Assembly: GCA_964016885.1 (NCBI GenBank)
Contig: OZ024740.1
Location: 200,012,001-200,076,000 of the forward strand
Length of the DNA: 64,000 bases
Source of the DNA: Eledone cirrhosa
Lineage: Eukaryota
Direction of reading: 5' to 3'
The notes under the pieces are model-generated. The model did no database searches. It worked only from the letters and a program-made list of their open reading frames with translations, and was not told where the DNA came from. This document shows positions 38,627 through 54,052 of this stretch, in pieces. Both the position numbers and the translations under genes were made by a program. Each line of letters begins with the position of its first letter. Positions within the stretch are counted from its first letter, which is position 1.

Positions 38627-39774
38627 CATATGGTTACACTAATTTGAGTTTCTGCAATATATTAAATGCCAAATCGAAGATCAAACATCATTTTGTATAT
38701 GCAGATATGTATCTGTGTGAAGTGAAATATGAAGGTTAAAGAAGACATGTTTGAACTCAGATCATCTAATGTTACATATGGTAGTCTTAATGGGTCAAAG
38801 TAAGCATGTTTCACCCCCGATCAACGGAACGCGTATCTGACTAAGCATTCTTTTTCTATCGTCTTGATTTGGAGGAATGGTGATAGGACGATGAATTGTT
38901 TACTGTATAGTGAGTGACTAAATAGTGGTAACGAATACTGAAATGCGATCACAGATATCCAGGTGATGTATAATCGATTAAGTATATTCATTGTACATGC
39001 AACACGTTTAATGTCCGTCTCTATCTCAGAAGCTCATCAGACCGAGGTTTATCCTGGTTTCATTGGACTTAAGAGAGTGAAATTACACCCCTACCTCACT
39101 AAAAAGGAGAGCAGCATGTCGTAGCGTTAACCCCTAGAGGTTTCTGGTAATTATCTATGTTTCATGGGTGTTGATTGAGAATTCAATATCTGGTGTTAAG
39201 GCAGTCCATCTCACTGTTAACCCATGGGTGCTGCTACTACACGTTTCTATATGCATGAAATAGAGCCACGAGACATGAACTGAGTTGACTAAGGAATCAA
39301 TGTATCGCCCAGTCAGGGAATCGAATATATGACCTTAGATTAATAAATACAACAATTTACCCGTTGGCGTTCTATTTTCTGAAACGGTAAATGAAATATC
39401 TAAAAACTAAACTCTACTTCAGAAGGATATGGTCTCTGATGTTATAGGCAAAACAAAAAATGTCAGAAATTTTAACCAGAATTCATGAGAAATATAATTG
39501 AATTGTCATCTTATATGGAAAAAGGTCAGAAATATAGTGGGAAAGGTAAAGTCAATTGAATCGAGCCATATTGACTGGTAAATGATTGTCTCCCGACGGA
39601 TAAAAAATAGATGTTAGCTACTGCATAGTTTTATCTCAGAACCTAAACAGTTGTAAATATATACTATAAAAACATTTCATCCGACGCACCACAAAAGCTT
39701 CTACCAAATCACCAATAATAATACGAGTGGTATAATGTGTATCCTACGTTTTCTATATTGTATATATTTATATA

Positions 39775-39900
39775 GTGTATCGGAAGTACGTAAAAGTCCC
39801 AAATCTGGTGGAGCACTCAATACGACGTTCGAGTTGTAGTATACAGTTATTTATTACGGCTAATCTGAGACACATGTTTCATTGATATTGCCAATACCTT
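39775..39900 (-). mobile_element. Truncated hammerhead and tail fragment
   Basis: Minus strand GAAA-catgtg-TC..aataaa..actc-gaacgtcgtatt-gagtgctcc..(TA). Confidence 0.55.
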
Positions 39901-40009
39901 AGTCCGGAACACATTGGACAAGACTGAAAAATTGAGAACACCATTTAAACACGTTTCTCCGGTAAGCTGGATCTCTTAGTGTACTAATTTATTTCTACAT
40001 GCATAGACA

Positions 40010-40086
<77 letters not shown>

Positions 40087-40202
40087 CTATAATTTCAAGC
40101 CTTAAACTAATATATTTCCCACATGTATGTGCCGTTTGTATTCTTATTTTTTGTTATTTCTGTTTACCTTTTACATACACACTTACGTACGTACGTACAT
40201 AC

Positions 40203-42101
40203 ATGGTGGCTGCCAACTCGTTTTCGAGTACGGCCACTACTTTATATCCATGTAGGAGAACCCCTACTAGTGCGCTGAACGAGTGTAACTTTTAGTCCAG
40301 CCATTGACTTGAAAACTCTGGTACAAACACTACACCTGTGACAATTATTGACACATAGTACTGGGTCCATGGTACCATGTGACGACAAGTGCAGAGAGAT
40401 CTCCAGATATAAAGCAATGCCCGTGCCGTGAAGCTTTTATAGTGAGCAAAGGCACTGCACAAAGCCAGTCCCACTCTCTTAACCAAGATGATATTTACCA
40501 AAAAGAAGAACAAGTCAACATCATTGGATACCATCAGGGTTGCAGGTGTTATATCAGAGTTTTCCTTCTCCTAGAATTTTGCCTTGACAAAGGCTAAGGA
40601 GTCATCTCTCCCGGTGATTTTTGATGGCCATTGACTCTTAAGAGCTCCTTGCCCTTTGACAAGTTTTGTTTTTAGTCCTGCAGGATGTCCAAAGTCGCCC
40701 TCCTCACCAAGAAACCTTGGTGGGGTTTCCAGTTTAGTCGCCAACGACCCGACCATGAGGCAGGTTGTACTGGGATACATGTTACCAGTAGCACCAACTG
40801 GTGACCTGACATAATATACATACATACATACATACATACATACATGGTGGTGGTGGCTGCCAACTCGTTTTCGAGTACGGCCACTACTTTATATCCATGT
40901 AGGAGAACCCGTACCGATGCGTTGAGCAAGTGTGACTTTTTAGTCCAGCCAGCGACTTGAAAACTCTGGTACAAACACTACACCTGTGACAATTATTGAC
41001 ACATAGTGCTGGGCCCATGGCACTACGTGACGACAAGTGGAGAGAGATCTCCAGATATAACAGATATAAAGCAATGCCTGCCGTGAAGCTTTTATAGTGA
41101 GCAAAGGCACTGCACAAAACCAGTCCCACTCTCTCAACCAAGATGATATTTACCAGAAAGAAGAACAAGTCAACATCATTGGATACCATCAGGGTTGCAG
41201 GTGTTATATCAGAGGTTTCCTTCTCCTAGAATTCTACCTTGACAAAGGCTAAGGGGTCATCTCTCCCGGATATATATATACATACATACATACACACATA
41301 TATATATACATGGTGGCTGCCAACTCGTTTTCGAGTAGGGCCACTACTTTATATCCATGTAGGAGAACCCCTACCGATGCGCTGAACGAGTGTGACCTTT
41401 TAGTCCAGCCAGCGACTTGAAAACTCTGGTACAAACACTACACCTGTGACAATATTGACACATAGTGCTGGGCCCATGGCACCACGTGTCAGGTCACCAG
41501 TTGGTGCTACTAGTAACATGTATCCCAGTACAACCTGTCTCATGGTCGGGTCGTTCGCGACTAAACTGGCAACATTCATACATACATACATACATACATA
41601 CATACATACATACATACATACATACATACATGACGATCGCTGCCCCCTCGTTATCGAGTATGGCCATTGCACGATATACCATTTTTAATAATTATTAATT
41701 AATTCTATCGTGCAATGCCTGTGCGTGAAGATTTTTTTTAAAGTGAGGAAAGACTGTGCACTGAGCCAATCCCACTCTCTGAGCGACAGTATCTATAACC
41801 CGAAAGGAAGAAAAGATCAACATCATCGGTAACCCTGACAAATGCTAGGGGTCCTTCACTCCCAGTGGGTTAACCGCTTGGTACATGTGTATATACATAT
41901 TTACACACTTTCGGATGGCCGTTGACTCTTATGAGTTCTTCCACCCTTTGTCAGGTTTTGTTTTTTGTCCTGCAGGGTGTCCAAAATCACCCTCCTCACC
42001 AAGTAAACTTGGTGGGGTTGCCGGTTTAGTCGCCGACGATCCGAAAATGCGACAGGTTGTACTGGGTTACATGATACCAGTAGCACTGAAGAGTGACCCT
42101 A
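40203..42101 (-). mobile_element. Cluster of four RTE-derived non-autonomous elements with (TATG)n tails
   Basis: Copies about 40203-40812, 40843-41270, 41308-41575 and 41630-42101; C2H2 remnant CSVCTRVFKSLAGLKSH; 3' stem-loop gcc..ctcga..cgag..ggcagc typical of RTE ends; no RT between head and tail. Confidence 0.75.
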
Positions 42102-42126
42102 CATACATACATACATACATACATAC

Positions 42127-43182
42127 CCGGATAGTAACACTGAAGCAACACCTTCAACAGAGGAAAAAGGTAGGCAACCATCTTGCCCAGGTTTGTGAGC
42201 ATGAAAAAAAAAATATCATTAGAATAGCGACTGATCTGGAGGAGAGATATGGAATAAAGCCTGATATAAATTTCTCACCCAGAGAAATCGGAAGATCCTA
42301 TTCAATGTTCAAACAAGATAAAAAAATTGACCAATTTACAGAAAAAGTTGTGCATGGATACTTGAGACGTAAAACACAGACCATAGAGGGGATAAACCAC
42401 TCAAAAAGCCTGGCATAGAGTTCCGACAAGTTTATGACATCACACCTTGAGGGATATCTCTATGTAATACAGGAACAAGAACTCCCTACCAAATATCTGC
42501 TGCACAAAAGAGGGACAGCAGCTGACAATAAATGTAGGCTATGTAAAACAAAGATCGAGGATGTAAGCCACATTGTTGCCAGCTGCGAAACAATGTCATC
42601 TCGCTACTACCTCCCCATGAGACACGATGGGATAGCTAGAACCATCTGGAACGCACTTCGGAAAACAAAATTAACAACAAACGAGGAAGAATATATTGAG
42701 ACAGATGGCACTAAGGAATACTGGTGGAACCTGAAAATAAAAACTGCCACCAAATTAAAGCACAACCGGCCTGATATTGTTGTTTGGGACCACACATTGA
42801 AAACGTGTTCTGCTGTGGAGATCAGCTGCCCACTTGATGTAAACGTTGTCAGAAAAATACAGGAGAAGGAGGACATCTACAGACCATTGATGAGGAGTTT
42901 ACAAATCCAGTATCCAAGATACACCTTTAGCTTCATACCCATCATTATTGGAGCTACGGATTATATACCAACCCGCTTCGACCAAAATATGACTAAACTT
43001 GGATTTGCGGACAAAAAGCACAGCTCCCTAATTCATAGTCTACAAATGGCTGCAATGGCTGGCACCTACAAAATTTGCAAAACATTCTTGCGATTCAATG
43101 GATGACAATTTCTTTTCTTTTACAACCTTGCCACCAGGAAGGTGGCCGGTCAAAAAATTATACTCGAAATTAAGAGAAAGAG
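42127..43182 (+). pseudogene. 5'-truncated R4/Dong-type non-LTR element (CCHC finger plus restriction-like endonuclease)
   Basis: QEQELPT, CRLCK..HIVASC, MRHD, HNRPDIVVWD..VEISCP, PIIIGA; in-frame stop at 42416; (CATA)n on both sides. Confidence 0.85.
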
Positions 43183-43204
43183 ATACATACATACATACAT
43201 ACAT

Positions 43205-43754
43205 AAAATGCAGGCATAACAGACCAGATATTATGATATGGGACAGGGAGAAGAAAGCATGCACAGTAGTGGAAGTTAGCTGCCCAGCAGATACCAATAT
43301 ATCAAAGATTAGAGTAAAGGAGAATATTTATGCAGAACTGATGAGAAATCTGCAGATACTCCACGCTGATTACACCTTCAGATTTATGCCTGTGATTATT
43401 GGGGCACTGGGGTATGTTAGTAACTCCCTCAATACAAATATTGAGAAGCTAGGCTTCACAGGAACAGAATGAACACAACTAGTTAGGAAAGTACAATCCA
43501 TTAATGGAACAGTAAAAGTATGTAAAACATTCCAAAGATTTTGCATCTAATAACTGTACAGATACAAATCATGCACACATACAACTCAAAACATCCACAT
43601 CCACATACACAATAACATCCATATCTACACATGCATGCATACATAATCTACCTAATTGATGTTGTGTACATTCCAATGAGAGGGTCTTGTGTCTATGTTA
43701 AAAACCGACTCTCTCCCTATTGGGAAAAAATGTGGAAATTATAAAACCTGAAGA
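43205..43754 (+). pseudogene. Second, shorter R4/Dong-type RLE fragment from a different family
   Basis: KCRHNRPDIMIWD..VEVSCP..PVIIGALG, then 3' UTR and a long (CATA)n. Confidence 0.8.
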
Positions 43755-43764
43755 ACATACATAC

Positions 43765-43795
<31 letters not shown>

Positions 43796-43829
43796 CATAC
43801 ATACATACATACATACACACATACATACA

Positions 43830-43860
<31 letters not shown>

Positions 43861-46574
43861 TTACCTATTGTATATTCTCCTCAAATTTGTATAATGATAT
43901 GTCCTGAGTAAATTCAGATACTTATCGAGGAATATGCCTGTAGTTTATACAAAGAGAATATCATTTCTAATTAGTTATTTTCCCACGCAGAATTGTTTGC
44001 AGATGACTTCTTATTCTGTCACTTCCTTCCTTCTTTTGTATTCCAGATGAATATTTTGTGATGGTGCCGAAATACAAGAATTTAGATTAATCTTGTAATG
44101 TTGATTGAGATTTAAGTGTTTTATGATACGATTACATACCATCAGTTGTATGTCACTTTTACATGTCATGTAGAAACTGGTGTCCTTTTACTAGAACGCA
44201 GGACGCTTGGATTTGTTTACGTTCATGAATTGGATATTTACTTTTAAAAGAAATTCTGGCTGATTTTGGTTACATTGGAAATGATTTCTCTTCTGTCTAA
44301 TTATATTGAGAGATAACATGATTGCTAGCTTGCTATGATTACATTAAAGTGATTGCTTTGCGTATCGTTTGATGTTACATTGTTAGGAAAATCATCAAAT
44401 CAGTCTAATGCTGTTACATTTGCAATAAAAGATTTTAAAGAGATTGATCGTTTCATGGGGTTATATTGAAGATATGAGTCGTGGCATATATTGAAAGTAG
44501 AAAAAATACGTTGATAGAGACGACCATACCAAAGTAATTATGAATAGGCTTTTTCTCTGTGTTATGTGTGAACATGTTGATGGCAAAAAACTAACTTGTT
44601 TGTTAGTCTAGATGTATGGTGCTAGTAATGAGTGCTGTAAAGTAACTGAGAGTGTAAGAAGAATTATTTGTAGCATCACAGAAGTAGACCGGACTGAATG
44701 GTTAAGATGTTTTCTTCGCAATCATGTACGTGGTTGAGTTCCTCAAAGGTAGTGTGTACCTTTAACGCAATTTGGATGTAGAAGCAATGTAGCACATGTG
44801 ATTAAATTAGTCCATTAATTCATTCACTCGACGTTCATACAGCTTCTTGTAGCGAATGTTGTTATAATACTTGAGTCAACCAGAAGCTATAGTAAACTCT
44901 TGTACCCATGATGCCGGTCTTGATTAATTTCACTGCGTTATATGGACACATACCGTTAAGATGTACAATCGATTTAATCGACTAATTTATTTTATCCTAC
45001 TCAATTATTTTATCGATGTACAATGAAATCGGATCTACGTTCTAAATTCTCGTAGTAGCACTTTCATATACTGTTCTAGCACACTTTGTAGCTATACCAA
45101 ATACTCATCGAGTACCACCTGAAATTTTTCATATACTCTTCGAACATTTCTTGATAATTGTATCAACTTTACAACTACCCTTTCATCATATTAAGGTCGC
45201 TAATATTGAGGAATGCTTGGAGGGATCGCGGGAATGTGTGGCAGTGTAAACAAATGCGATTTTCAAGACGTGTTCTCGAATACCAGAATAACCAATATCT
45301 AGAACTGCAACGATATCGATACCATTTAAGGGAAAAAGGAAAAGAGAACAATTATTATGAGGCACGATACTTTCAAAGAAGATTCAAAATAGCTTAACTT
45401 CACAGAATGCTAGAGCACAAACTTGAATAATTAGTGACTTCTTCCTGTCGGTAAACAGGTTGGAACGAGGAACAATTTAGTGTATATAGAAATTGAGAAA
45501 TACACATTCGATAACTTCTTTCTAGCCATCAGAAAAGTACATCGCAAAGTGTAAGCAACCATAACTGAATGATTAATAAGTTCCTCTTTGCAATCCTGAG
45601 TTCTCGGGTTTGATCCTTCTGTGTGATATTCTAGGCACTTTAGTTTACCATAGCTTTGAATGGCCCAAATCTTGTGGGGGAAATTGGGTAGACTAAAACT
45701 GTGGTAACTCGTCAGAGGATCTGTATCGGAAATTCGGAACTCCAGCCTTGCCACATATTTTGTCACTTCGCGTTTGTCTTAGAATTATGTTAGGCGGACA
45801 CGTTTTATGGAATACTCAACCAGTTAGACGTTAACTTCTACATGGGACATGAATTTCATCGATCTACCGATGGATGACCCATTACGCCGGAAGGAAATAT
45901 GTTCCTAACAGAATGTATCTTAGTAGCCTGTCAATTAGTCTTTATAGGATTCTGTGTTATTCAATTCCCTATTTATTACTTAACTGGCTCCTAGAATTGA
46001 TATTGAGGAGTTACAATGATAGCAATTTATCGTCACCCATCGAGACTGAAATCTCTATAATAAACCTGTTATTGAAGATTCATTTCTAAGTAAACAGGTA
46101 GGTAAGGTTTTGATAAATGGCTATAGATAAGATGTTACTAGTTAAATGAATAGTAAATCCATTATTCAAAGTAGTCTATTAATTAAAATAGTTTATTAAT
46201 TAAAGTATGGCTGTAGAGATAAGAGGATTGCATCGCAAATACGGTTTTCTGGATTCAGTCAAACTGTGCGTAAATTTAGGCAAGTACATTCTCAGATAGC
46301 CTATGGCTGACCGATGTAATATGAGTGGAATTTGGTAAATGTAAAATTCAGAATCCCATGGGGTGTATATACGTACGTCATTTCGAATTTTGTCATTTTC
46401 AAAATTACAACGGTTTTTCTTAATATTTTATAGGAAAAATAACTCTTGGATCATGTCGATCGACTCAAAGTTACGTCGGTGTACCAAAAATATTAAACCA
46501 TAAAATAAAATAAACATAAACTGCATACATAAATATAAGTGTACTGTGATATATATTGTATGTACGGTTTAAAG

Positions 46575-46820
46575 CGAGCTGATGATCCGTTTCAGGTCAC
46601 ACAAAATTGACTCGGAAATGGTGTACTAACTGTTGTGTAACTATTCCCCCTTGCTTCCGCTGGACACCACCAGCGGACGTTAGCACCGGTGTTTTGCATA
46701 GTTACGGCTTTCTAAATGTTTACCTGTGAACATACCGTATTGCTTTAGAAAAACGAAATTCTAATACATATCTGTATACAGCTATGCAGGAAGTTAAATC
46801 CTAATTCTATTTTATATATA
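46575..46820 (+). mobile_element. Copy of the 8700-8945 family with a hammerhead-like core
   Basis: CTGATGA 46579-46585, GAAA 46615-46618, then the shared cccccttgctt..gctggacac..accggtgt..aaatcct segment ending in TA. Confidence 0.5.
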
Positions 46821-47427
46821 TATAATGCTTTGTGTGATTGTGTGCATGTATAGGTTTACACGTACCTAAGAAGATCGGTAAAGGTTAGTACCAGGCTTGA
46901 AGAGTTAAGCACTGTGGTATATATCTTCGCCTAAATCAAGATGAGCCCCCAGCATGTAGATGGAGTAAGGCTTTTAAAAGAAGAATAAAAGTACTAATGC
47001 TCAATACATGTAACCTAGATAGCCACGCTTAGAACTGTGTTGGTGTTTGAATACAAATTAAATATATATAGATAAGATTTTTAACATCAGGTTGGAAGTA
47101 GATTTCCTTTTCAAATTCCATCGCGTGTCATACTTTCAACATTGGCCTATTTTATATTGCAATAAGCAATGTGGTGATTGTTATTTACTTGATATATCCA
47201 ATGGTCTATCGATAAGATATCGAACTCAATAACAAACCTTCTTCCGCTCCTTGTTCATTGTGTATTTGTTATCTTCTATAATACTATTTTTTTTTTTACT
47301 GGTTTAATATAATATACCTGGCTATCTCAGTTTCTATGCACACATAATTCTGACTGAGATTCTCTATGACTCATAACTTCCTTCCTCGCTCTCTCTATGT
47401 ATATATACACATACACACTCACACACA

Positions 47428-47487
<60 letters not shown>

Positions 47488-47746
47488 AATACATAGATAA
47501 ATGAATACGTGTATACAACATGTTTATTCTTACATATAGCTAATCGAATATCTAGACTTCATGGTTTTAAGTACAATAGCTTCTCTATTTCCTATTGATC
47601 CAGTTCTAGTACTTTACGAATAGTTATATCTTTTGATATAAGTATACATATAATGCAATTATAGCTATTTGTCTAGCAGAATATTTATAGGTTAGAACAT
47701 TTAAATATTTTCTTATACATATATATATATATGTATACATATATTC

Positions 47747-47933
47747 TTTAGTATGGCTAAGTAATGAGACTTGTGCCTCTGGAGTTTCACCTGTCTACTC
47801 ACAACACTGTCTTCCCCGATAATCATGTAACAACACAGATGAAACTCCAAGGTAACAAGACTCATCACTTAGCCGTATTAAAACTATTTATGTTCTTCTT
47901 TGGCATATAGCAATCTTTCTCATGTCAGTCAAC

Positions 47934-47936
<3 letters not shown>
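47747..47936 (+). mobile_element. Fold-back element with a degenerate hammerhead
   Basis: Arms 47747-47794 and 47835-47883; gtctt..CCGATAA..GAAA-ctccaagg-TA-acaagac. Confidence 0.5.
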
Positions 47937-48636
<700 letters not shown>

Positions 48637-48650
48637 ACATATATATATAT

Positions 48651-48977
<327 letters not shown>

Positions 48978-49257
48978 AGAGAGAGTGAGAGATAAAGAGA
49001 TATATATATATAGAGAGAGAGAGAGAGTGAGAGAGAAGAAATAAGATTTCACTTAAAACATGAATTTATACATTATGTATAGAAATTTCATATTTCTAAA
49101 GAAATACGGTTTTATGAAGCCGTAGCTATGTAAACACCGGGCACTAACGCACTCTGGTGGGTCCAGCAGAAGCTAGGGTGACAAGCCGGACGGTTGTGCG
49201 CCTTAGCTACAGCTTCCTAAAACCGTATTTCTTTAGAAATACTAATTCTCTCTCTCT

Positions 49258-49367
<110 letters not shown>

Positions 49368-49369
49368 AA

Positions 49370-49950
49370 GTTGTAATATAATGAAACGAAATTTCATTTC
49401 TCACTCTTAGTACGGCACTTACTTAAATGTAAGTATGTATGTATACGTACATACATATATGTATACAGACGTACAGTAGCATGCATATATATATATATAT
49501 AGTATAATATATATTTATATATACATACAGGTACACATATATATATGTACGTATCAGTTTAGCGAACGTTTATATTATAACGCCCGTTTTGTCCGTTTGC
49601 AAACAAGCGAACAGCCTTATTTATGCCATACGGTGTTAAGGCAACCACGTCACCTTTTTGTTCAACACTGACACAGGAACGATGTACTAGTTTCAAGCTT
49701 GTTAGCCATCATCAACACCGTATACCCTTCTGCCAGATAGTTGAACGTTCGAAAGTATATACTTTCCTTATGAAAATTAACGGCTGATCAGCCTAATTTG
49801 CATATCGAGTGAGTTCAGTCGGCCAGGCGTACAGGAAAACGATAAGTTGTAATATAATGAAACGAAATTTCATTTCTCACACTTAGTATGACTGGTACTT
49901 ACATGTAAGTATGTATGTATACGTACATACATATATGTATACAGACGTAC
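49370..49950 (-). mobile_element. Copy of the 7610-7990 family with duplicated end
   Basis: 49366-49485 repeats at 49843-49960; hammerhead with core TTGATGA at 49679-49720 on minus strand. Confidence 0.75.
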
Positions 49951-50028
49951 AGTAGTATGTATATATATACATGCACACAACAAATATATATATATATATT
50001 ATATATTATATATAGATAGAGAGAGAGT

Positions 50029-50083
<55 letters not shown>

Positions 50084-50211
50084 TGTACGGATGGGTTTAC
50101 CGAACATCTATTATAATGCTCAGTTTGTTTGTAAACAAAAAAAACAGCCGCAATTACCCCCTACAGTTTCAGGCAACCATCGTCACCTTTTTGTTCAACA
50201 CTGACACAGGA

Positions 50212-50254
50212 ACGATGTACTAGTTTCAAGCTTATTAGCTATCGTCAGCATCGT
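50212..50254 (-). ncRNA. Minimal type I hammerhead with intact core (within element 50082-50615)
   Basis: acgatg-CTGACGA-tagct-aata-agctt-GAAA-ctag-TA-catcgt; palindromic ACTAGT stem III. Confidence 0.85.
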
Positions 50255-50931
50255 ATACCTTTCTGTCAGATAGTTGAAACGTTTGAAAAATATATACTTT
50301 CCTTTTTCATATTAACGGCTGAGCAGCCTCATTTGCATATCGAGTGAGTTAGTCGGCCGGCCGGACCGAAAACAATAAATGGAAAAGAATGAAACGAAAT
50401 TTAATTTCTCACTCTTAGTACAGCTGATACTTAAATGTAAGTATGTATGTATACGTACAAACATATATGTATACAGACGTACAGTAGTATATATATATAT
50501 ACCTACATGCACACATATATATAAGTTACGTATGGGGTTACCGTAATTCGGGCTGTTTGTTTGTTTACAAACAAACCGACCATTATAACAAATGTTCGGT
50601 AAACCCATACGTACATATATATATATGTGTGCATGTATGTATATATTATACATATTACTGTACGTCTGTATATATATATGTATGTACGTATACATATATA
50701 CTTACATATATATATGTATATATATATTATATATATATATATATATAAGTTTATATGGTTCGTTGATTATTCAACCACTAGAGGAATTGAAAATTCAAGA
50801 CATAGGGGTATGTCGTGTAACCAATCTCTTATATATTTAGCCGATGGAAACGTACTGAAACACCATTGTACCTTTGAAATATGTATAATAAAATATATAC
50901 TTCCGTTATGATCGCCTTCACATTTTATTAT

Positions 50932-51040
<109 letters not shown>

Positions 51041-51069
51041 GAGTGAGTGAGAGAAAGAAAGAGCTAAAG

Positions 51070-51102
<33 letters not shown>

Positions 51103-51110
51103 ATTTATAT

Positions 51111-51151
<41 letters not shown>

Positions 51152-51355
51152 GAGAAGAGAGAGAGAGAGAGAAAAGAAATAAGATTTCACTTCAAGCATA
51201 GATTTATACAATATGTATAGAAATTTCATATTTCTAAAGAAATACGGTTTTATGAAGCCGTATCTATGCAAACACCGGGGAACTAACGGACTCTCGTGGT
51301 GTCCAGCTGAAGGAAGGGGGACAACCGACGGTTGTCCCCCTTAGCCACGGCTCTC

Positions 51356-51480
<125 letters not shown>

Positions 51481-51494
51481 TACATATATATATA

Positions 51495-51876
51495 CTTTAT
51501 TTTTGAATTTGTTATGCAAAATTTCTTGTCTGAAAACAGATATTGTCATACTTTAGGAGGGTTATGTTGCCAATAAACACATGCACATGTTAATTTTCAA
51601 ATAAATTTATTACAAATTTCTGGTTGGCTGGATTAATAAGCAAATTGTTGTTTATTTATAGTCAAAGCACTTTCGTCAAATTTTCTGTGACCTTCCTCAG
51701 TGACTGATTTGTTAATTTGTCTCTCCTTTTATCTGTCATACACCATCATGGAAAGAGCTTTGACAACATTCCGGTTATTGAACCAACCAACCGGATATTT
51801 GAAATAAATTGAAGCAAATATCAGCAGATGTGTGTGTTCTTATTGGCAATAATACCCTCCCAAAATATAACAATAT
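51495..51876 (-). mobile_element. Diverged inverted-repeat element with minimal hammerhead
   Basis: Minus strand agtca-CTGAGGA-aggtcacagaaaatttgac-GAAA-gtgc-TT-tgact at 51660-51705; arms about 51540-51675 and 51750-51876. Confidence 0.7.
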
Positions 51877-51942
51877 ATATATATATATATATATAATATA
51901 TATATATCATTATCTATAACAGGCAGATTGCTGTTGTTGTTG

Positions 51943-52012
<70 letters not shown>

Positions 52013-52215
52013 ATGTTCCATGTTTATAGATTTGCACAATTTCAAACCGATTCGACTCAATGTCTGTAAAAATGTTGTAAATGGTCTAAGTTACGTCAAC
52101 AACTATTTATTTTATTTACACTCACCCTCAATTACGGAAATTATAGATAAAACTAAATACATAACGCTTTACCCCTCTAATAAAATCTGAAACCCTCTCT
52201 CTACTCACCTTAAAC

Positions 52216-52255
<40 letters not shown>

Positions 52256-52354
52256 AGACAGAGAACGTTTGTTTTTGAGTGTGGAACGGTCAAATATTTA
52301 ATTTTCTTCAATGACAAAGAGAACTTATTACATTTCATACGAAACAACAATTAT

Positions 52355-52922
52355 TCAAAAGCAACAGATAAATTTATCCAACAACAAAAAAAAATAGCGA
52401 TAAATCTTTTTTAAAACATCTATCAACGAACGTGGAAGAAAGAAGTATCAGTTCATTTACTCTACACAATAATATCCTCTATGAGGTCACTAAACCTGCT
52501 ATAAACAGCAGCTAACTCTCCCCCATATCACATCACTCCCTACTGTCGTATATTTAGAAAACATATCCTATATGAGGTCACTAAACCTGCTAGAAACAGC
52601 AGCTAACTCTCCCCCATATTCAAAAGCAACAAATAAATTGATTCAACAACAACAAAAATAGCGATAAATATTTTTTAAAACATCTATCAACGAACGTGGA
52701 AGAAAGAAGTATCAGTTCATTTACTCTACACAATAATATCATCTATGTGGTCACTAAACCTGCTATAAACAGCAGCTAACTCTCCCCCATATCACACCAC
52801 TCCATACTGTCTTAAATTTAGAAAACATATCCTCTATGAGGTCACTAAACCTGCTAGAAACAGTAGCTAACTCTCCCCCAATATCACACCCCTCCCTACT
52901 GTCTTAAATTTAGAAAACACAT
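52355..52922. repeat. Nested tandem duplication of a SINE-like fragment
   Basis: 52355-52620 matches 52620-52885; inner unit atgaggtcactaaacctgcta..ctctcccccatat occurs four times. Confidence 0.8.
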
Positions 52923-53231
52923 TAGACAACCATGCAGAACAACTCCATCGCAGCTCTGTTATTCGGCTGGCATCGTCTACGCGCGTGTTGCGCAAGTAAT
53001 GTGAAACAATAAATGTCAACACTTCTTTGCACAGAGATAATATCCATAGGTGAAACTACAATTGTCACTGCTGGCGCAGCTCCTGCTTCGGCAGTCCAGG
53101 TCTGCAATTCATTCACCCAGTGCCTGGCAGACAAAAGAGTGCTGCCATAAAATCGATGGTGCAACCTAACTTTGGTAACTTACTGACCCGAGCAATGCCG
53201 GGCTTTAATGCTAGTATACTTATATATGTAT

Positions 53232-53275
<44 letters not shown>

Positions 53276-53284
53276 GTGTGTGTA

Positions 53285-54052
53285 TTGAAGTTTCCGTTTA
53301 AAATTTAAAAAGTCATAGGAGTGAAGAGTGCTCTATATAAGTTACAGAGCTAAAGTTAATGTATAATAAACAATACAATATAATTACCTCATTACCAGAG
53401 GTTTCCCGAATAAGACTAATACAAGAAACGTCCTCATTCGTTCGTTAGACAAGGCAATTTAAAACAGAGTAAAATATTTGAAAAATCTCCTCAAGAACGG
53501 CAAACGTTTCACAGGGAAAAAAATATTTAAATAAAAGTAATGCAAGAGATATATAAAAATAAAATGAGTGTTTATACACGTGCTTTCATACTTCTATGTA
53601 TATATATTTCAATCCTTAGTCCCTGAGTCTGTATGTACGCTAACTCTATTATCTTACAATTTCTTTTTTCAACATATATTATATACGTATTTGACGTATT
53701 TGTGGTCACACATACACTGATATGCTTGCCCTCATGTATGTACTTACGCACACATTTTTCACTATACACATGCATTTGCACATACAAACATATGTACATT
53801 TGTAGGTACATCTACACACATTTATAGACATACCCTTACTATATTTCCTAATTTTATTTTTATATATCTCTTGCATTACTTTTATTTATATATGTTTGGG
53901 GCCCGTTAAACTTTTGCCTTTCTTGAGGAGATTTTTCAAATATTTCACTATGTTTTAAATTGCCTTGTCTGACGAACGAATGAGGACGTTTCTTGTATTC
54001 GTCTTATTCAGGAAACCTCTGATAATGAGGTAATTATATTGTATTGTTTATT

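Noticed and set aside
40640-40812. Twister ribozyme in the RTE-derived head
   Set aside because: Could not place the conserved twister loops or pseudoknots
52355-52922. Repeated units resembling a CRISPR array
   Set aside because: No unique spacers and no cas genes; it is a nested tandem duplication in a eukaryotic context
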